In this document: piece by piece, positions 49,540 to 61,996 of the stretch | Position numbering within the stretch: position 1 is the first letter of the stretch | Layout: every line of letters starts with the position of its first letter | Assembly: GCA_963514005.1 (NCBI GenBank) | Contig: OY740787.1 | Span: 62,000,001-62,064,000 of the forward strand | Reading direction: 5' to 3' | Length of the DNA stretch: 64,000 bases | From: Raja brachyura | Lineage: Eukaryota | Program-made: the position numbers and the translations under genes | The notes under the pieces: model-generated | What the model was told of the DNA's origin: nothing | Seen by the model: the letters and a program-made list of their open reading frames with translations, nothing else | The model's database searches: none

Positions 49540-52500
49540 GCCTCTATGTCCGTGATCGCCATTCCAGCCACCGTTTCCTGGTGGACTCCGGTGCCATCGC
49601 CAGCATCCTGTCGCCGACAGCCTGAGATACCCACGTCAGTAAGGTAGGACCCGTCCTCTCAGCTGTTAACGGGAGCGACATTCGCACTTATGGTGCGCTT
49701 ACCCTGGACTTACATTTCGACTCCCGCCCGTATAGGTGGAAGTTTATCGTTGCTGACGTCGCCCAACCAATTCTGGGGGCCGATTTCTTGCGCGTGTTCT
49801 TCCTGTTAGTCGATGTGCGAGGCGGACGCATGGTCCCTGTGTCGGACCTGTGCCCTGCCGAGCCGCGTAATTTGTCTATGCCCCTACAGCAACTTGACGA
49901 GGTAGCTGAGATCCAGCAACCTTTCGCAGCCCTGCTCACCGATTTCCCAGGGTTGCTCGCGCCCCGGTTAGATGGGGCCGTGCCCCATCATGGCGTGGTC
50001 CACCACATTCCCACCGAGGGCCCACCGGTTCACGCCCGCGCACGCTGCCTCCCGCCCGATAAACTGCGCATCGCACGAGACGAGTTCCAGCTTATGGAGG
50101 ACATGGGGATTGTCCGGCGGTCGGACAGCCCTTGGGCTTCTCCGCTACACATGGTGCCCAAAGCATCCGGGGGTTGGAGACCTTGCGGTGATTACAGGCG
50201 TTTAAACGCCGTAACCACAGCAGATCGGTACCCAGTCCCAAACATCCAGGATTTCTCGGCTCATCTGGAGGGCGCATCCTTTTTTTCAAAGGTCGACCTC
50301 ATTCGCGGGTATAATCAAATTCCGGTCCATCCAGACGACATCCCTAAGATGGCCATCACCCCTTTCGGCATTTTTGAATGGCTTAGAATGCCTTTTGGCC
50401 TCAAGAATGCTGCTCAGGCGTTCCAAAGGTTAATGGATCAGGTGGGTTGGGGTTTGCCGTTTATATTCATCTACCTCGATGATATTCTGGTGGCCAGCAG
50501 CTCGCAGGCAGAGCACATCAGGCACCTCCGCCTGCTTTTCGAACGGCTGCGCAAACACGGGTTGGTAATCAACCCTGCGATGTGCCAGTTCGGATTGCGT
50601 TCCATTTCCTTTTTGGGTCACAGTATCACCTCCGACGGCACACAGCCGCTGCCCGAGAAGGTCAACGCTATCCGTCGCTTCCCGAGGCCTCTATCCGTCA
50701 AGGGCGTACAGGAATTTATCAGGATGGTTAATTTCTACCACCGTTTCGTCCCGTCAGCAGCCGCCATCATGCGGCCGTTGTACCAGTGTCTGGCCGGTAA
50801 GCCTAAGGACCTGGTCTGGTCCAAGGTAGACGAGACGGTTTTCGAGGGGGCTAAGACAGCATTGGCCAATGCCACCACTATGCTTGTTCATCCTAGGGCG
50901 TCAGCCCTAACGACCCTCACCATGGACGCATCGCTGTGGGCGCTGTCCTCGAACAACGAGTAGGTAGCCACTGGGTGCCGCTGGCATTTTTCAGCAGGCA
51001 GCTGTGGGCCCCCGAGGTTAAGTACAGCACTATCGATCGGGAACTCCTCGCACTCTACCTAGCGATCCGCCATTTCCGTTATTTCCTGGAGGGGCGCGCT
51101 TTTACTGCATTCATGGACCACAAGCCACTCACGTTCGCTTTGACAAAGGTGCCCAACCCCTGGTCTGCCAGGCAGCAGAGGCACCTCGCCTACATATCCG
51201 AATTCACATCTGATATTCGGCATGTGGCGGGGAAGCTGAACATCGTGGCTGACGCGCTGTCCCGTCCGGCAGTCCCAGAAGTTTCCGCTTTAAACCTAGG
51301 TGTGGATTATGAGCAGCTAGTCGCTGCCCAACAGGTAGACGCCGGCACGGAGGTTTACCGCAATGCTGAGTCGGGTCTTAAGTTGGCACCGCCAGCGTGC
51401 GGGTTGTTTGCGATGTCTCCACAGGCAAAGCCGTCCCATTGTCCCGATTGCCTGGAGGCGTCGGATTTTCGACACCATCCACAGCCTAGCGCACCCGTCC
51501 ATTCGCGCCATCTCTGTTCTGGTCACGGCCATGTTCATCTGGCATGGGTTACGGAAGCAGGTCACAGCATGGGCCCGCTCCTGTATTCCTTGCCAGACTT
51601 CCAAGGTGCAAAGCACATGTGTCCGCCCGTGCAGGATTTCGCTGTTCCAGATGGCAGGTTCCTGCACATCCATGTCAACATGGTAGGTCCCTTGCCATGT
51701 TCGCGTAGGGCTACTAACCTACTGACCATCGTGGACGGGTTTACCAGGTGGGCGGAGGCGATGCCTTTAACTGATACCTCTGCTGAGGCTTGGATCACTC
51801 GTTTAGGGGTTCACTCTCATTGGATCGCTCGTTTCGGGGTTCCTTCCGATATTACTACTGATCGAGTGGCCCAGTTCGCGTCCTCCCTGTGGTGTGGTAT
51901 GGCGCCGCTGTATGGTGCGAAGCTGCACCAGACCACCGTGTATCACCCAGAGTCCAACGGTTTGGTTGAGCGTTTCCACAGGCACCTTAAGTCGGTGTTG
52001 AAGGCATGGCTCACCGGTCCCGATTGGGTCGACCAGTTGCCTTGGGTTCTCCTAGACATCAGAACCATGCCTAAGGAGGACCTCAACACCTCCTCAGCTG
52101 AGCTGGTTCACGGTTCGGTGTTGCGGGTGCCTGGGCTATTTTCTACCTGTCCCCGGGATCAGGAGGTCCCGGCTTCGGCTTTGTTATCTGACCTTCGCGA
52201 GCGGGCACGCACTTTGATCCCGGTTCCCACTTCTCGACACGGATCGTCTGCGGTGCATATACCTACTATGTTACGCGATTGTGCTTATGTTTTCCTTCGT
52301 AGGGATGCTCACGGCTCGCCGTTACAGCGGGTGTACGATGGTCCGTACAGGGTGCTAGAGACTGGTACCTCGACGTTTACGTTGGACATGGGTGGCAAGG
52401 AGGAGTTCGTCTCTGTCAGGCGCCTTAAGCCAGCACACGTCGACGAGGATAGCCCGGTGACAGGGGCCACTCCGCGGCGTAGAGGACGTCCACAGGTCGT

Positions 52501-52633
52501 TTTGCCGCCCTCTGCACCTGTTACCCCCGGTTATGTTTCACCGGTCCCCACTGTTACGCCTGGCCCTCGTTCACATTTGTCGCGTCCCTCCGGTTCTGTT
52601 TTGCCGGCCCCTACTGTTATGCCCGTCCCGTGA
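49540..52633 (+). pseudogene. Gypsy pol (protease, RT, RNase H, integrase) with a few frameshifts and stops
   Basis: [38 protein letters not shown]...GAVLEQ, RELLA, NGLVERFHR and GPY motif. Confidence 0.92.
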
Positions 52634-53509
52634 CCTCGGACTACGCGTTCCGTTCGAACCGTCCGGTAACCCGTGTGTTTCCGTACCGGGGGGGGGGGGG
52701 GGGGCGGCATGTAGCGCTGCCTGCTGGCGCAAGCAGGTATCGAACCCGTGTTCGGAATCCACGGTCACTTGACTCGGGAGGGGCTGCATGTTTTCGTGTG
52801 GTTTCGCTTTTGCACGGCAGTTGAGTGCAGACCACCATTGTCGTCAGACATGTTGTAAGGACCTGCAAGCTAAATAGATGTTTTATGAATAAAACCAATT
52901 ATCAAAACTTAATTGTGGTTCTTGCAACCACCAAAACGTCATATTAATTGCTTTCTGAAGACAGTTTAAATAATTTCTACTTCAGTTGCCCGCTTCTAGC
53001 TGCAATATAAATCTTTTATAAGATCTTACCTAATCGTTGCAGGGTAGGTTACTTAAGAGGCTCTGGAGATGTAGAGGCACAGTAAGAAAAGATTTTGTTG
53101 CTAAGAAACCAGCTGAATGACCAGCAGTGTAGAAGATCAGTTTTTAGCTTCAGCAAGAGAACACTGTTCAGCTTTCCAAAGGGATTCAAACCCCCATCAG
53201 CTCCTGCAATTCTATTTTTTTTCCATATTACTTGTTGAAACGTTCTATTTATGTAGCATGTGTGGTCCTATAATTCTATTGACCAACGTCATTAAGTCTT
53301 TGGGAAATTAAATTTAAATTTACGTGATGCAAAGGATGAAGTTATTCAAGGTACCAGAGGAATCCTCTGATGTCTTATAGCCTTTTATTGTATAAATCAT
53401 GCATAAAGTTTCCTGTGGTTTCTTTTATCTGCATACTCTGGTGCCTGAGTAGGTTCAATGACCCTCCTCGACTCACAATACAAATTTGGAGAATGGATTC
53501 ACTGTTATA

Positions 53510-53840
53510 GAGTCATGGAGTCACAGAGTCATAGAGTGATACAGATGGAAACAGGCCCTTCGGCCCAACCTGCCCACACCGACCAACGTGTCCCATCGAC
53601 ACTAGTCCCAATTGCCTGCATATCCCTCCAAACCTGTCCGATCCATGTACCTGTCTAATTGCTCCTTAAACGTTGTGCTAGTACCTGCCTCAACTACCTC
53701 CTCTGGCAGACCATTCCATACACCTACCCCCTTCACCTTAAACCTATGCCCACTGGTTCACAATTCCCCTAGTGTGGGCAAGAGACTGTGCGTTTACCCG
53801 ATCTCTTCCCCTCATGATTTTACACAGCTCTATAAGATCA
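53510..53840 (-). mobile_element. CR1-type 3' fragment
   Basis: catagagt tail repeats and the shared 3' motif. Confidence 0.75.
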
Positions 53841-54676
53841 AACGACCTATAAGAGCATGTACTCTGCATCGCTTTTCCATCCTTACATACTATTCCTTTA
53901 TGATACACATAGGAAGTGGTGCCTTTTAGGTATATGAGCTCCCCAGACGTTCCTCAATAGCACGAATGTCATATTTTAATTTTATATTTTCTGCATGCCT
54001 GTAATAAAATCCTCCAAAGCCAAATAACGTGTGGGATGCCAAACTGACTTGCCTCACTTATCCTTCCAGTGAACATAGAACATAGAACATAGAACAGTAC
54101 AGCTCAGGAACAGGTCCTTCGGCCCACAATGTTTGTGCCGAACATGATGCCAAGTTCAACTGATATCAATGCAGAAACAAGGAAGTGCAGATGCTGGTTA
54201 ATACACAAAAGGACACAAGTACTATCACAGCATTTCAAAGGCATTTGAACACCTATATGGAAAGATTTTTAGAAGGATAAGGGCCAAATGCAGGCAGGTG
54301 GGACTAGTATAGATGGGGTATGTTAGTCTGTGTGGGTACGTTGGGCCGAAGTGCCTGTTTACATGCTGTACAACTCTATGACTAAATGCTGGAGTAACTC
54401 AGCAGGTCAGGCAGCATCTCTGGACCCGGAACATCACCTATCCATGTTCACTGGACATGCTACCCGAGCTGAGTTAGTCCAGCAGTTATTGTCGTAAACT
54501 AATCTCATCTGTCTGTACATGATCCATATCCCTCTATTTCTTGCACTTCCATGTGCCTATCTTAAAGCCATCTTATACAGCACTATCGTATCTTGAAAGT
54601 GGAGGATTCTAAAGTCCTATAGTGGCCTGAGAGGTCTAACACTTGGACAGCACCGTTTTGTTGAACAGTTGGCCAG

Positions 54677-55167
54677 GCACAGTGGCGCATCAGTAGAGCT
54701 GCTGCCTCACAGTGCCAGGGACCCGGGTTTGATCCTGATTATAGGTGCTGACTGTGCAGAGATTGCACGTCCGTGGGATTTCTCTGGGTGCTCTGCTTTC
54801 CTCCCACATCCCAAAGGCATGCAGGTTTGCAGTTGAGTTTTAGTTAGTTTAGTTTAGTTTAGTTCATTGTCGCGTGCACAGTGAAAAGCTTTTGTTGTGT
54901 GCTAAACAATCAGTGGAAAGACTATACGTTATTATAATCGAGCTGTCACAGTGTACAGATACAGGATAAACGAAATAATGTTTAGTGCAAGATAACGTCC
55001 AGTAAAGTCCGATTAAAGATAGTCCGATGGTCTCTGTAAATTACCCCATGTGTGTGGGATGCGAAGGCGGGGTAATAGACCTAGTGTGAATGAGTATTCG
55101 ATGTTTGCCGTGCACTCGGTGGGCCGAATGGCCTGTTTCCACACTGTATCATTAAAACTAAAACTAA
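54677..55167 (+). mobile_element. tRNA-derived SINE interrupted by a Rex1-like tail (~54833-55030)
   Basis: Head and core at 54677-54830; tail at 55030-55167. Confidence 0.75.
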
Positions 55168-56420
55168 GGACCTGTGTAGTGTATATAATGATAACTGTAA
55201 CTTTAGGAACTGAGTACTAGAATGGTATGATTTGTGTCATGTGATATATTCTACATCTTATCAGTGTCGTGAATATGTGTGAGTATGCGCAGTGTACTTT
55301 TGCAAAATAAAGAAGGCCCACAATGGCAACAGCGTGTACTGGAAACCTGTGCTTGTTTCTATCTACATGCTGAAGCCGTAATACAATATCTTACAATGTG
55401 GACAAGGATCGGATAAAGTTTGTGAACTCAACCTTTAAATACAGTGCAGGACTGTTTTGCAATGTGCAGTATTGTTTAACATTTTAAACATCAAATACAA
55501 ATCTGTGTCACAGTTGTTTGCTAACTGGACATGATAGGCCGCAGATCCTTCTATGCTTGGGACTGTAGTTTAAAACAGCTGCTGTACAAATCGTCTCGAG
55601 TTTGTCAGGCTATCTTTGTGAGTATCTACGGGGCAAGGTGGCATCCTTGGGATACATAGGCCGACAAGGGACTTTCGACAAGAACTGTGAAACCTTTACC
55701 TCGTACTGTGAGCAAATGGAAATATTTGTTATTGCAAATTATTGAAGCTGAAGAAACAGGATGATGATCAAGTGCAGGTAAGAGCACGAAACAAGGTCAT
55801 CCATGAACGAAAGAAAACCATTCTATTAACTGAAATTGGTTCTGAAGTTCTCACCAACATCCTAGCCCCAGGGAAAGCAAGGAATGTTTCATTTGAGACT
55901 GTTCTTTCAAAACCTGATGCTCACTTCAACCCTAAGCCAATAGAGATTGCAGAAAGTTACACATTTCACACAAGAAACCAGAAGTCTGGTGAGACTGTGG
56001 GCGAGTACATTATCTAATTGCAGTTGTCTCTACACTGCAATTTTGTGACATTTCTGGATTGAGCTTTGCGTGATAGATTTGTATGTGTAATGCTGGATGA
56101 GCGAATCCAATCAAAATTACTGACCACACCAGCCCAAACCTTTGATTTGGCATGCAAAACTGCTTTGCCCATTGAGATGCCATGTCAAATTGCACATGAG
56201 TTTTGTCCAAAACATGCTGGCACAGTTAACAGTCAAAAGGCAGTTCCAAAACACAAGCATGGCAAGATAGGGAAAAGACCTTCACAGCAAAGTTCTTGGA
56301 AAAGGGCAAATATGTGCTATTCATGCAATGGTCAACACAAAGCAAATAAGTGCCAGTTCAAGGACTGTACATGCTACAACTGTCAAAAGAAAGGACATAG
56401 TGCATCAGAATGCAGAGCAA

Positions 56421-56960
56421 AGTTCAAAGTTCAGATTTATTTGTCTCATGCACCATAAGGTGCAGTGAAATGTATTTTACCATGCAGTGTTACAAATAAA
56501 AAAGGACACAATACACAATATAATTCAGCACAGACATCCGCCACAGCATTCGTCACTGTGGTGGAAGGCAATACCGTTTAGACAGTCCTCCTCATCCACC
56601 CTTATTCACCCGTGGTCCTGGTCCTGGTCCTGGCCCTGACCCTCCGTTGTCGCCGCTACGGACGGCCCGATGTTCAAGCCCTCTGGTCGGGATGGTCGGC
56701 ACGCCTACGTCGGGACAGGTCGAGCACACCCAATGGCACGGAGCTCCCAAATCGGCTGCCACCTTACCGGACACCACGGCTTCAAAATGTTGTAGGCCGC
56801 AGGCCAGCGGTCGGAGCGCTTCTCCAGCGACCCCCGGCAAGGGGGTCCGCCATGTTAAAAGTCCCCGTTGTGCCGCCGCTGAAGCTGTGGGACCGCGATG
56901 TTGAGGTCCCGCTGTGCCATCGCAGGACAAAGCAAAACAAAAGCCTCGACAAAACCGAAT
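56421..56960 (-). mobile_element. Non-autonomous GC-rich retroposon with Rex1-like tail; related fragment at ~36690-36860
   Basis: Interrupts the Gypsy gag-pol junction; minus strand ends aataaatctgaactttgaac. Confidence 0.55.
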
Positions 56961-57881
56961 GTGTGGGATCACAACCTTGAAGAACAGTCAGAGAATAATG
57001 AACTTGGACTGTACGGCATCTATACAATGAACAGTAGGTCTGGAAAGGAAGACTTTCAGACAAGGGTCAAAATGAACAATCAATACAATACTATGTGTAT
57101 TGATACCGCTGCTGATTGCACAATTATATGCAAGACACCTATGAATCCAAGTTTAGCAACATGCCTGTCACAGAAACAAACGTTTAGCTGAAAACTTACT
57201 CTGGAGAAGTCTTGGAGACATGTGGAGAGATAGTTTGTGATGTACAACACAAAGGCAAGACTCTGAAGTTGCCAATAGTTGTTGCGAGTTATGTCAATGG
57301 GCCAATGTTGATGGGCAAAAATTGGCTCCGCTTACTGAAACTAGATTGGAAATCTGTATTCAAATTGAAGTGCAAACACAACTGGATCAGTTATTGCAGA
57401 AACATCATGCTATGTTTAATGACAGCTACGATGGCATAAAAGGTGGGCAAGCACACATCAGGATTCAACTCGATGTGGAATCATTCTACTAGACCGCTGA
57501 AAAGTAAAGTGGAAGCCGAAATCAAAATGTTGGAACAAAACGGTGTACTGGTTAAAACAGATTACAGCGATTGGGCTACTCCAATAGTAGTGGTTCCAAA
57601 AGCAGACAACTGAGTGAGATTGTGTGGAAACTACAAAGTAACCATCAACCAGGCTGATAAACAGATAAATAGATGATAAACAGTATCCACTACCAACCTC
57701 ACAAGATTTATACGCTGAACTTATGTGCTGGTTCCAAGGTATTCTCTAAGCTAGATCTATCACATGCATATGCTCAGCTAAATGTTGATCGTAAGAGCCA
57801 GCAGTACCTCACAATAAACACACACATGCGGCTGTATTCCTACACAAAACTACCCTATGTTCTGAAGTCAGCACCAACAAT

Positions 57882-60800
57882 TGGTTGTGCTGCCTCTGGG
57901 ACTTCTGTTTTGTGATCTGGCCATCCATTTTGGATTACTTTCTTAAATTCTGTAGTGTTTCTTCTTCCATGGTATGGGCTTGGATGCATTTGACCTTGTG
58001 CTCTCCCATGCCCAAGGACTCAATTACGTTGACATCAGTGAATCTGGTCGATCCTGTGGTGTACAGGAGGTATGCTCGGGAGAGCATGTCTTTTCCCTTT
58101 ACTCATTTGAATATCGATGTCATAGTGTAGCATCCACATTATCATGCCCTGATGACATCTTGGTGCTCTACAGTATGCAGAGGCTTTTTGAGGATGACTT
58201 CCAATGGCTTGTCGTCACTCTCAAGATCATTCTCTGTCCGTAGGTGTACTGATGGAAGCGCTTGAGGGCAAACACTATTACTAGTGCCTCCTTCTCAATC
58301 TGAGCATATCTCTGCTCGGTTGGCGTCAATGCTCGACTCACATAGGACAGTGGTTCGCCTTTCAGCATAAGTGTTGCACCTAGACCTGCCTTGCTTGCAT
58401 CACATTGTATGGTCAGCTGTTCGTGTGGTGTGTAGTACGCCAGGATAGGTGCCATTGTCACCAGCTCCTTGATCGTTGACATTGCCGTGTCATGTTCTCA
58501 TGACTATTCCCACTCTGCATCCTTGTGGGTCACTCTCCTCAAAGGCATGAATGTGTCTGAAAACATTGGCAGGAATCTTGCCAAGTAGTTTACACTGCCT
58601 TGTAATCTTTGGATTTCTGCTGGATTTGTTGGATTGGGCTTCTCTACGATAGCCTGTGTCTTCTCTGGATCCGGTTTCAGGACACGATCTGTAACCACAT
58701 GTCCTAGAAATGTGACACAAATAGTTTTCACTACCGACTTCTTCCGGTTCAGCTTGATGCCTTTGTCTCTGCATCGCTGAAGAAGATCTTGCAGTCTTGC
58801 ATCGTGATTACTTTCTGCATCTTCTCTGGTGTCCCCTACTCCGAATAGGATGATGTCATCTGCAACACATTCCCTTTAATCTTTCCAGTGCTTGTTGCAG
58901 CTTCTTCTGGAAGATCTCTGCACTTACTTTCAGTCCAAATGGCAACCTCTTCCAGCGATATCTCCCAGAAGTTCGTGGTTGTTAGGAAACTGCTCTCTTC
59001 ATCTAGTTCGTAGTGGAGGTATCCTGACTTCAGATCGAATTTAGAGAAAATCTTCTCCTTGGACAGCTCAAGGAGTACGTCCTCTACGACTGGTAGCCTG
59101 TGGATCTCCCTTTTGAGGACTTTGTTGAGGGGTCTAGGATCTATGCAGAACCTCAACTCTGTGCTGTCCTTTTTCTCCGTAACGACCAGCCTGCTACACC
59201 ACTCAGTTAGTTCTTCGACTTTAGTCAAGATGTCCTGCTCGACCAGCTTCATGAGACCATTCTTGACCTTCTCTTTCTTGGCTACAGGTACCGGCTTTGC
59301 AGAACACTGTGGTGGAGTCACACCCTCTGTCTCCGTTACCAACTTGACCTTGTCAGGCAGTCTCCCCGGTCTTTCGTCGTCAAAGACATCTTTGTAGCAC
59401 TTGAGTAATGAGCCAGCCTCGTTAACAGCATTCAGGCTCTTGAAGTTCTCGTAGTGAACCGTGATGAGTTTCATCCGTTGTGCAGCTTTGCCGCTCAGGA
59501 ACGGTGTGAGCCAGCCTTCATCTACCACCATGAAGTGAACCCGGTATTTCTTGTCGTTCATCCTGTTCTGGAGTATGACTTTCACCCTACCTTCTGCCAG
59601 CAGGTTGGATCCATTGTACATCTTTAAGATGATTTTATCTCGTCTAATGTCCTCTTTGTTGGGTACAAGATGCTTGGGAATCACATTAACACTAACACCA
59701 GAGTCAATCTGAAACTTGACGGCTTCTGTGCCGACCTGCATCTCAGCGAATAGGCCTGAAGAGGAATTGTTTCCGGCTGCATTGACCTCAATGCAACTCA
59801 CAGACTCTGCATCATAATGGACCGTGTGTCAGATGACTACGACCTTGTGCAGACCCCATTTCTGCCTACTCTCCTTCCTCTGTTTGGAGCAGCAGGCAAA
59901 TTGGTTTTGCAGTCCTTCCCATATACGCTGGGCATTCCTCCTTCCTGCGATTGTGCGTCCTCGCACAGAACTTGCACTTGACTGGTCCCTGATTCTTCCT
60001 CTGCAAAGGAAAATCAACCTTCTTTTCCCTTGGTTTGAATTGTTCAGCCTTGTGTATTGTCGATTCTTTGCCGATGACCTGCATTCTTGTCGCTGTTACT
60101 TCCGAGGATCTACATATGTCCACAGTCTCCTGCAGTGTCAGATTTCTCTTCTGACGAAGTGTCTACCTAGTTGACTGGTCTGCAATACCAATACCAAAGA
60201 GGTCAGTGGGAGCGCTGGCAACATATGATTCAATGCTGGTTTTTGATCTCGTTTATTGAAAATTAATCTTTCATGCGTTTCATTCGTCTCTTCTATGATG
60301 ATGGTAGACATCTTGTCGATGATGACTTTCACATCCGTCTCATCTGCTACCGTTTCGGACGTCAGGGTATTGAAGATCCGCAATCCATCCGGTTCAACAG
60401 TATGCAGAAACACTGCTTTTTGATCACCTGTTCCTTCGCCACCTTTTCCTTCACTCCATGATGCTGCCTCACCCGCTGAGTTTCTCCAGCATTTTTATCT
60501 ACTTTCTGCGTTTTTAAACTGTTTCTCCTTCTTGTCCAGTTCTGTTATCACTGCATAATTTTCATGGGTTTGTTTAAAAATTTTCCACACTTCCACACGG
60601 TTCTCTTTGAGCTTGAGATTGGGTGGTGGAGCCACGTGGAAAGATGGACTGGTCAACTACATTTTGAAATATCAGCATATCCCCTCGCTCTTAATAGCTT
60701 ATGTTATCTGTAGGCAGTCTCCCACAGCACATCGTTTCAACCCTCGACCCTGATATACACACTGCGTCTTATCTTTGTGTGCTCACTGACCTGCATACCA

Positions 60801-61002
60801 TTCCACTCATGCATGCAGCTAGTCTGGTTGAAACACTGATTCCTGAAAGCTTTTCATAGCATTTTTGCTAATCATCATAGCACCCATTTGATCCACAAAT
60901 CTTCACTTTCACCGCTGCCACCATGTTTTGATATGTGTCTACTTACGATATAGGTAAAACTAGCACATATTCGATGGAGAAAGATGGCTCCACACACACT
61001 TG
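57882..61002 (-). mobile_element. Second Gypsy family fragment (partial LTR, PBS, gag, PR, RT, RH; no integrase core, no 3' LTR)
   Basis: PBS TGGTGGCAGCGGTG (60910-60923, tRNA-Leu 3' complement); LTR end from 60924; KFQIDSG, LRFCIDPRPLNK and IQCDASKAGLGA...YAQIEKEAL. Confidence 0.9.
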
Positions 61003-61682
61003 TGTAGTGTTTCTTCTTCCATGGTATGGGCTTGGACGCACCAACACCACAGAATGTGTCTCAACTCCGCTCCTTCTTACCTGAATTAGCAACAAAGCTA
61101 GCTCCTCGTCACAAGTTGTTGAAAAAAGATTAAAAATGGGAATGGTCCAAAGAGCAACAAGATGCTTATGATGCATGTAAGAAGAGCTTGACCAGTGATG
61201 CATTACTTGTTCACTACGATACAAATTGCGAGTTAAAGTTAGCTTGTGATGCGTCTAGTTGCGGTGTGGGAGCTGTGATTTCACATGTAATGGAACATGG
61301 ACAAGACAAGCCTATAGTATTTGCATCACACACACTTACCAAGAGTGAATGTAATTATGCTTGAGAAAGAAGCCCTTGGTATAATCTATGGGGTCAAGAA
61401 ATTTCATCAGTATCTGTTGGGTGGGATATTCACCCTGGTTACTGATCATAAGCCATTTCTCGCAATTGTTGGTCCTCGGTCAGCAATACCTACAATGGCA
61501 GCCTCGAGGATGCAGCGCTGGGTAGTTCTCCTGTCACAGTATGACTACAGCATTGAGTACTGCAGCTCGAAAGAAAATGCCATCACTGATGCATTGTCGC
61601 ATTTGCTCTCATGAAGATTCAGATGTGGGCACTGAAGATGCTATCTACATCACAGAAGCAGTGGACAATGACTTTCCAGTCA

Positions 61683-61996
61683 TCAGCATCACCATCGTTG
61701 AAAACATCAACGGGCACGGTGCCTTACAATGCTATGTACGACAGTGATCGCAACTTTCTACTGAAGTGTGGATGGCCATTGGCTCACTAGGAGCTCATCC
61801 ACCCCTTGACAGGCCTTGTTTTTGGTCCTGCTGGGGGTCCACAAACCCCTCCTCACCTGGCAAACTAGGTGGGGGAGACGGTTTAGTGTCCGACTATCTG
61901 ACCACGAAGCAGGTAGCACGGGATTACATGGTACCCGTGGCGGGGGTGGCGGGGGGGGGGGGGGGGGGGGTGGATTCTCCCCCGACCTGTCCTGCC
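61683..61996 (-). mobile_element. Short non-autonomous retroposon (RTE-like) with (GAT)n tail
   Basis: TSD ttccagtca/ttccggtca at 61674-61682 and 61997-62005; removing it restores the Gypsy reading DFPVTAAAIA. Confidence 0.75.

Larger units (their letters stand above)
48585..52935 (+). mobile_element. Gypsy LTR retrotransposon, full length, frameshifted
   Basis: LTRs at 48585-48749 and 52710-52935; PBS TGGTGACCCCGAC (48751-48763) complementary to the tRNA-Trp 3' end; G-rich PPT at 52688-52704; domain order gag, PR, RT, RH, IN. Confidence 0.95.

Noticed and set aside
57951-57988. Match to 61003-61040 first read as a pair of LTRs
   Set aside because: The left copy is in-frame pol (IQAHTMEEETLQ...GWP), not LTR. 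It was reinterpreted as a junctional duplication.
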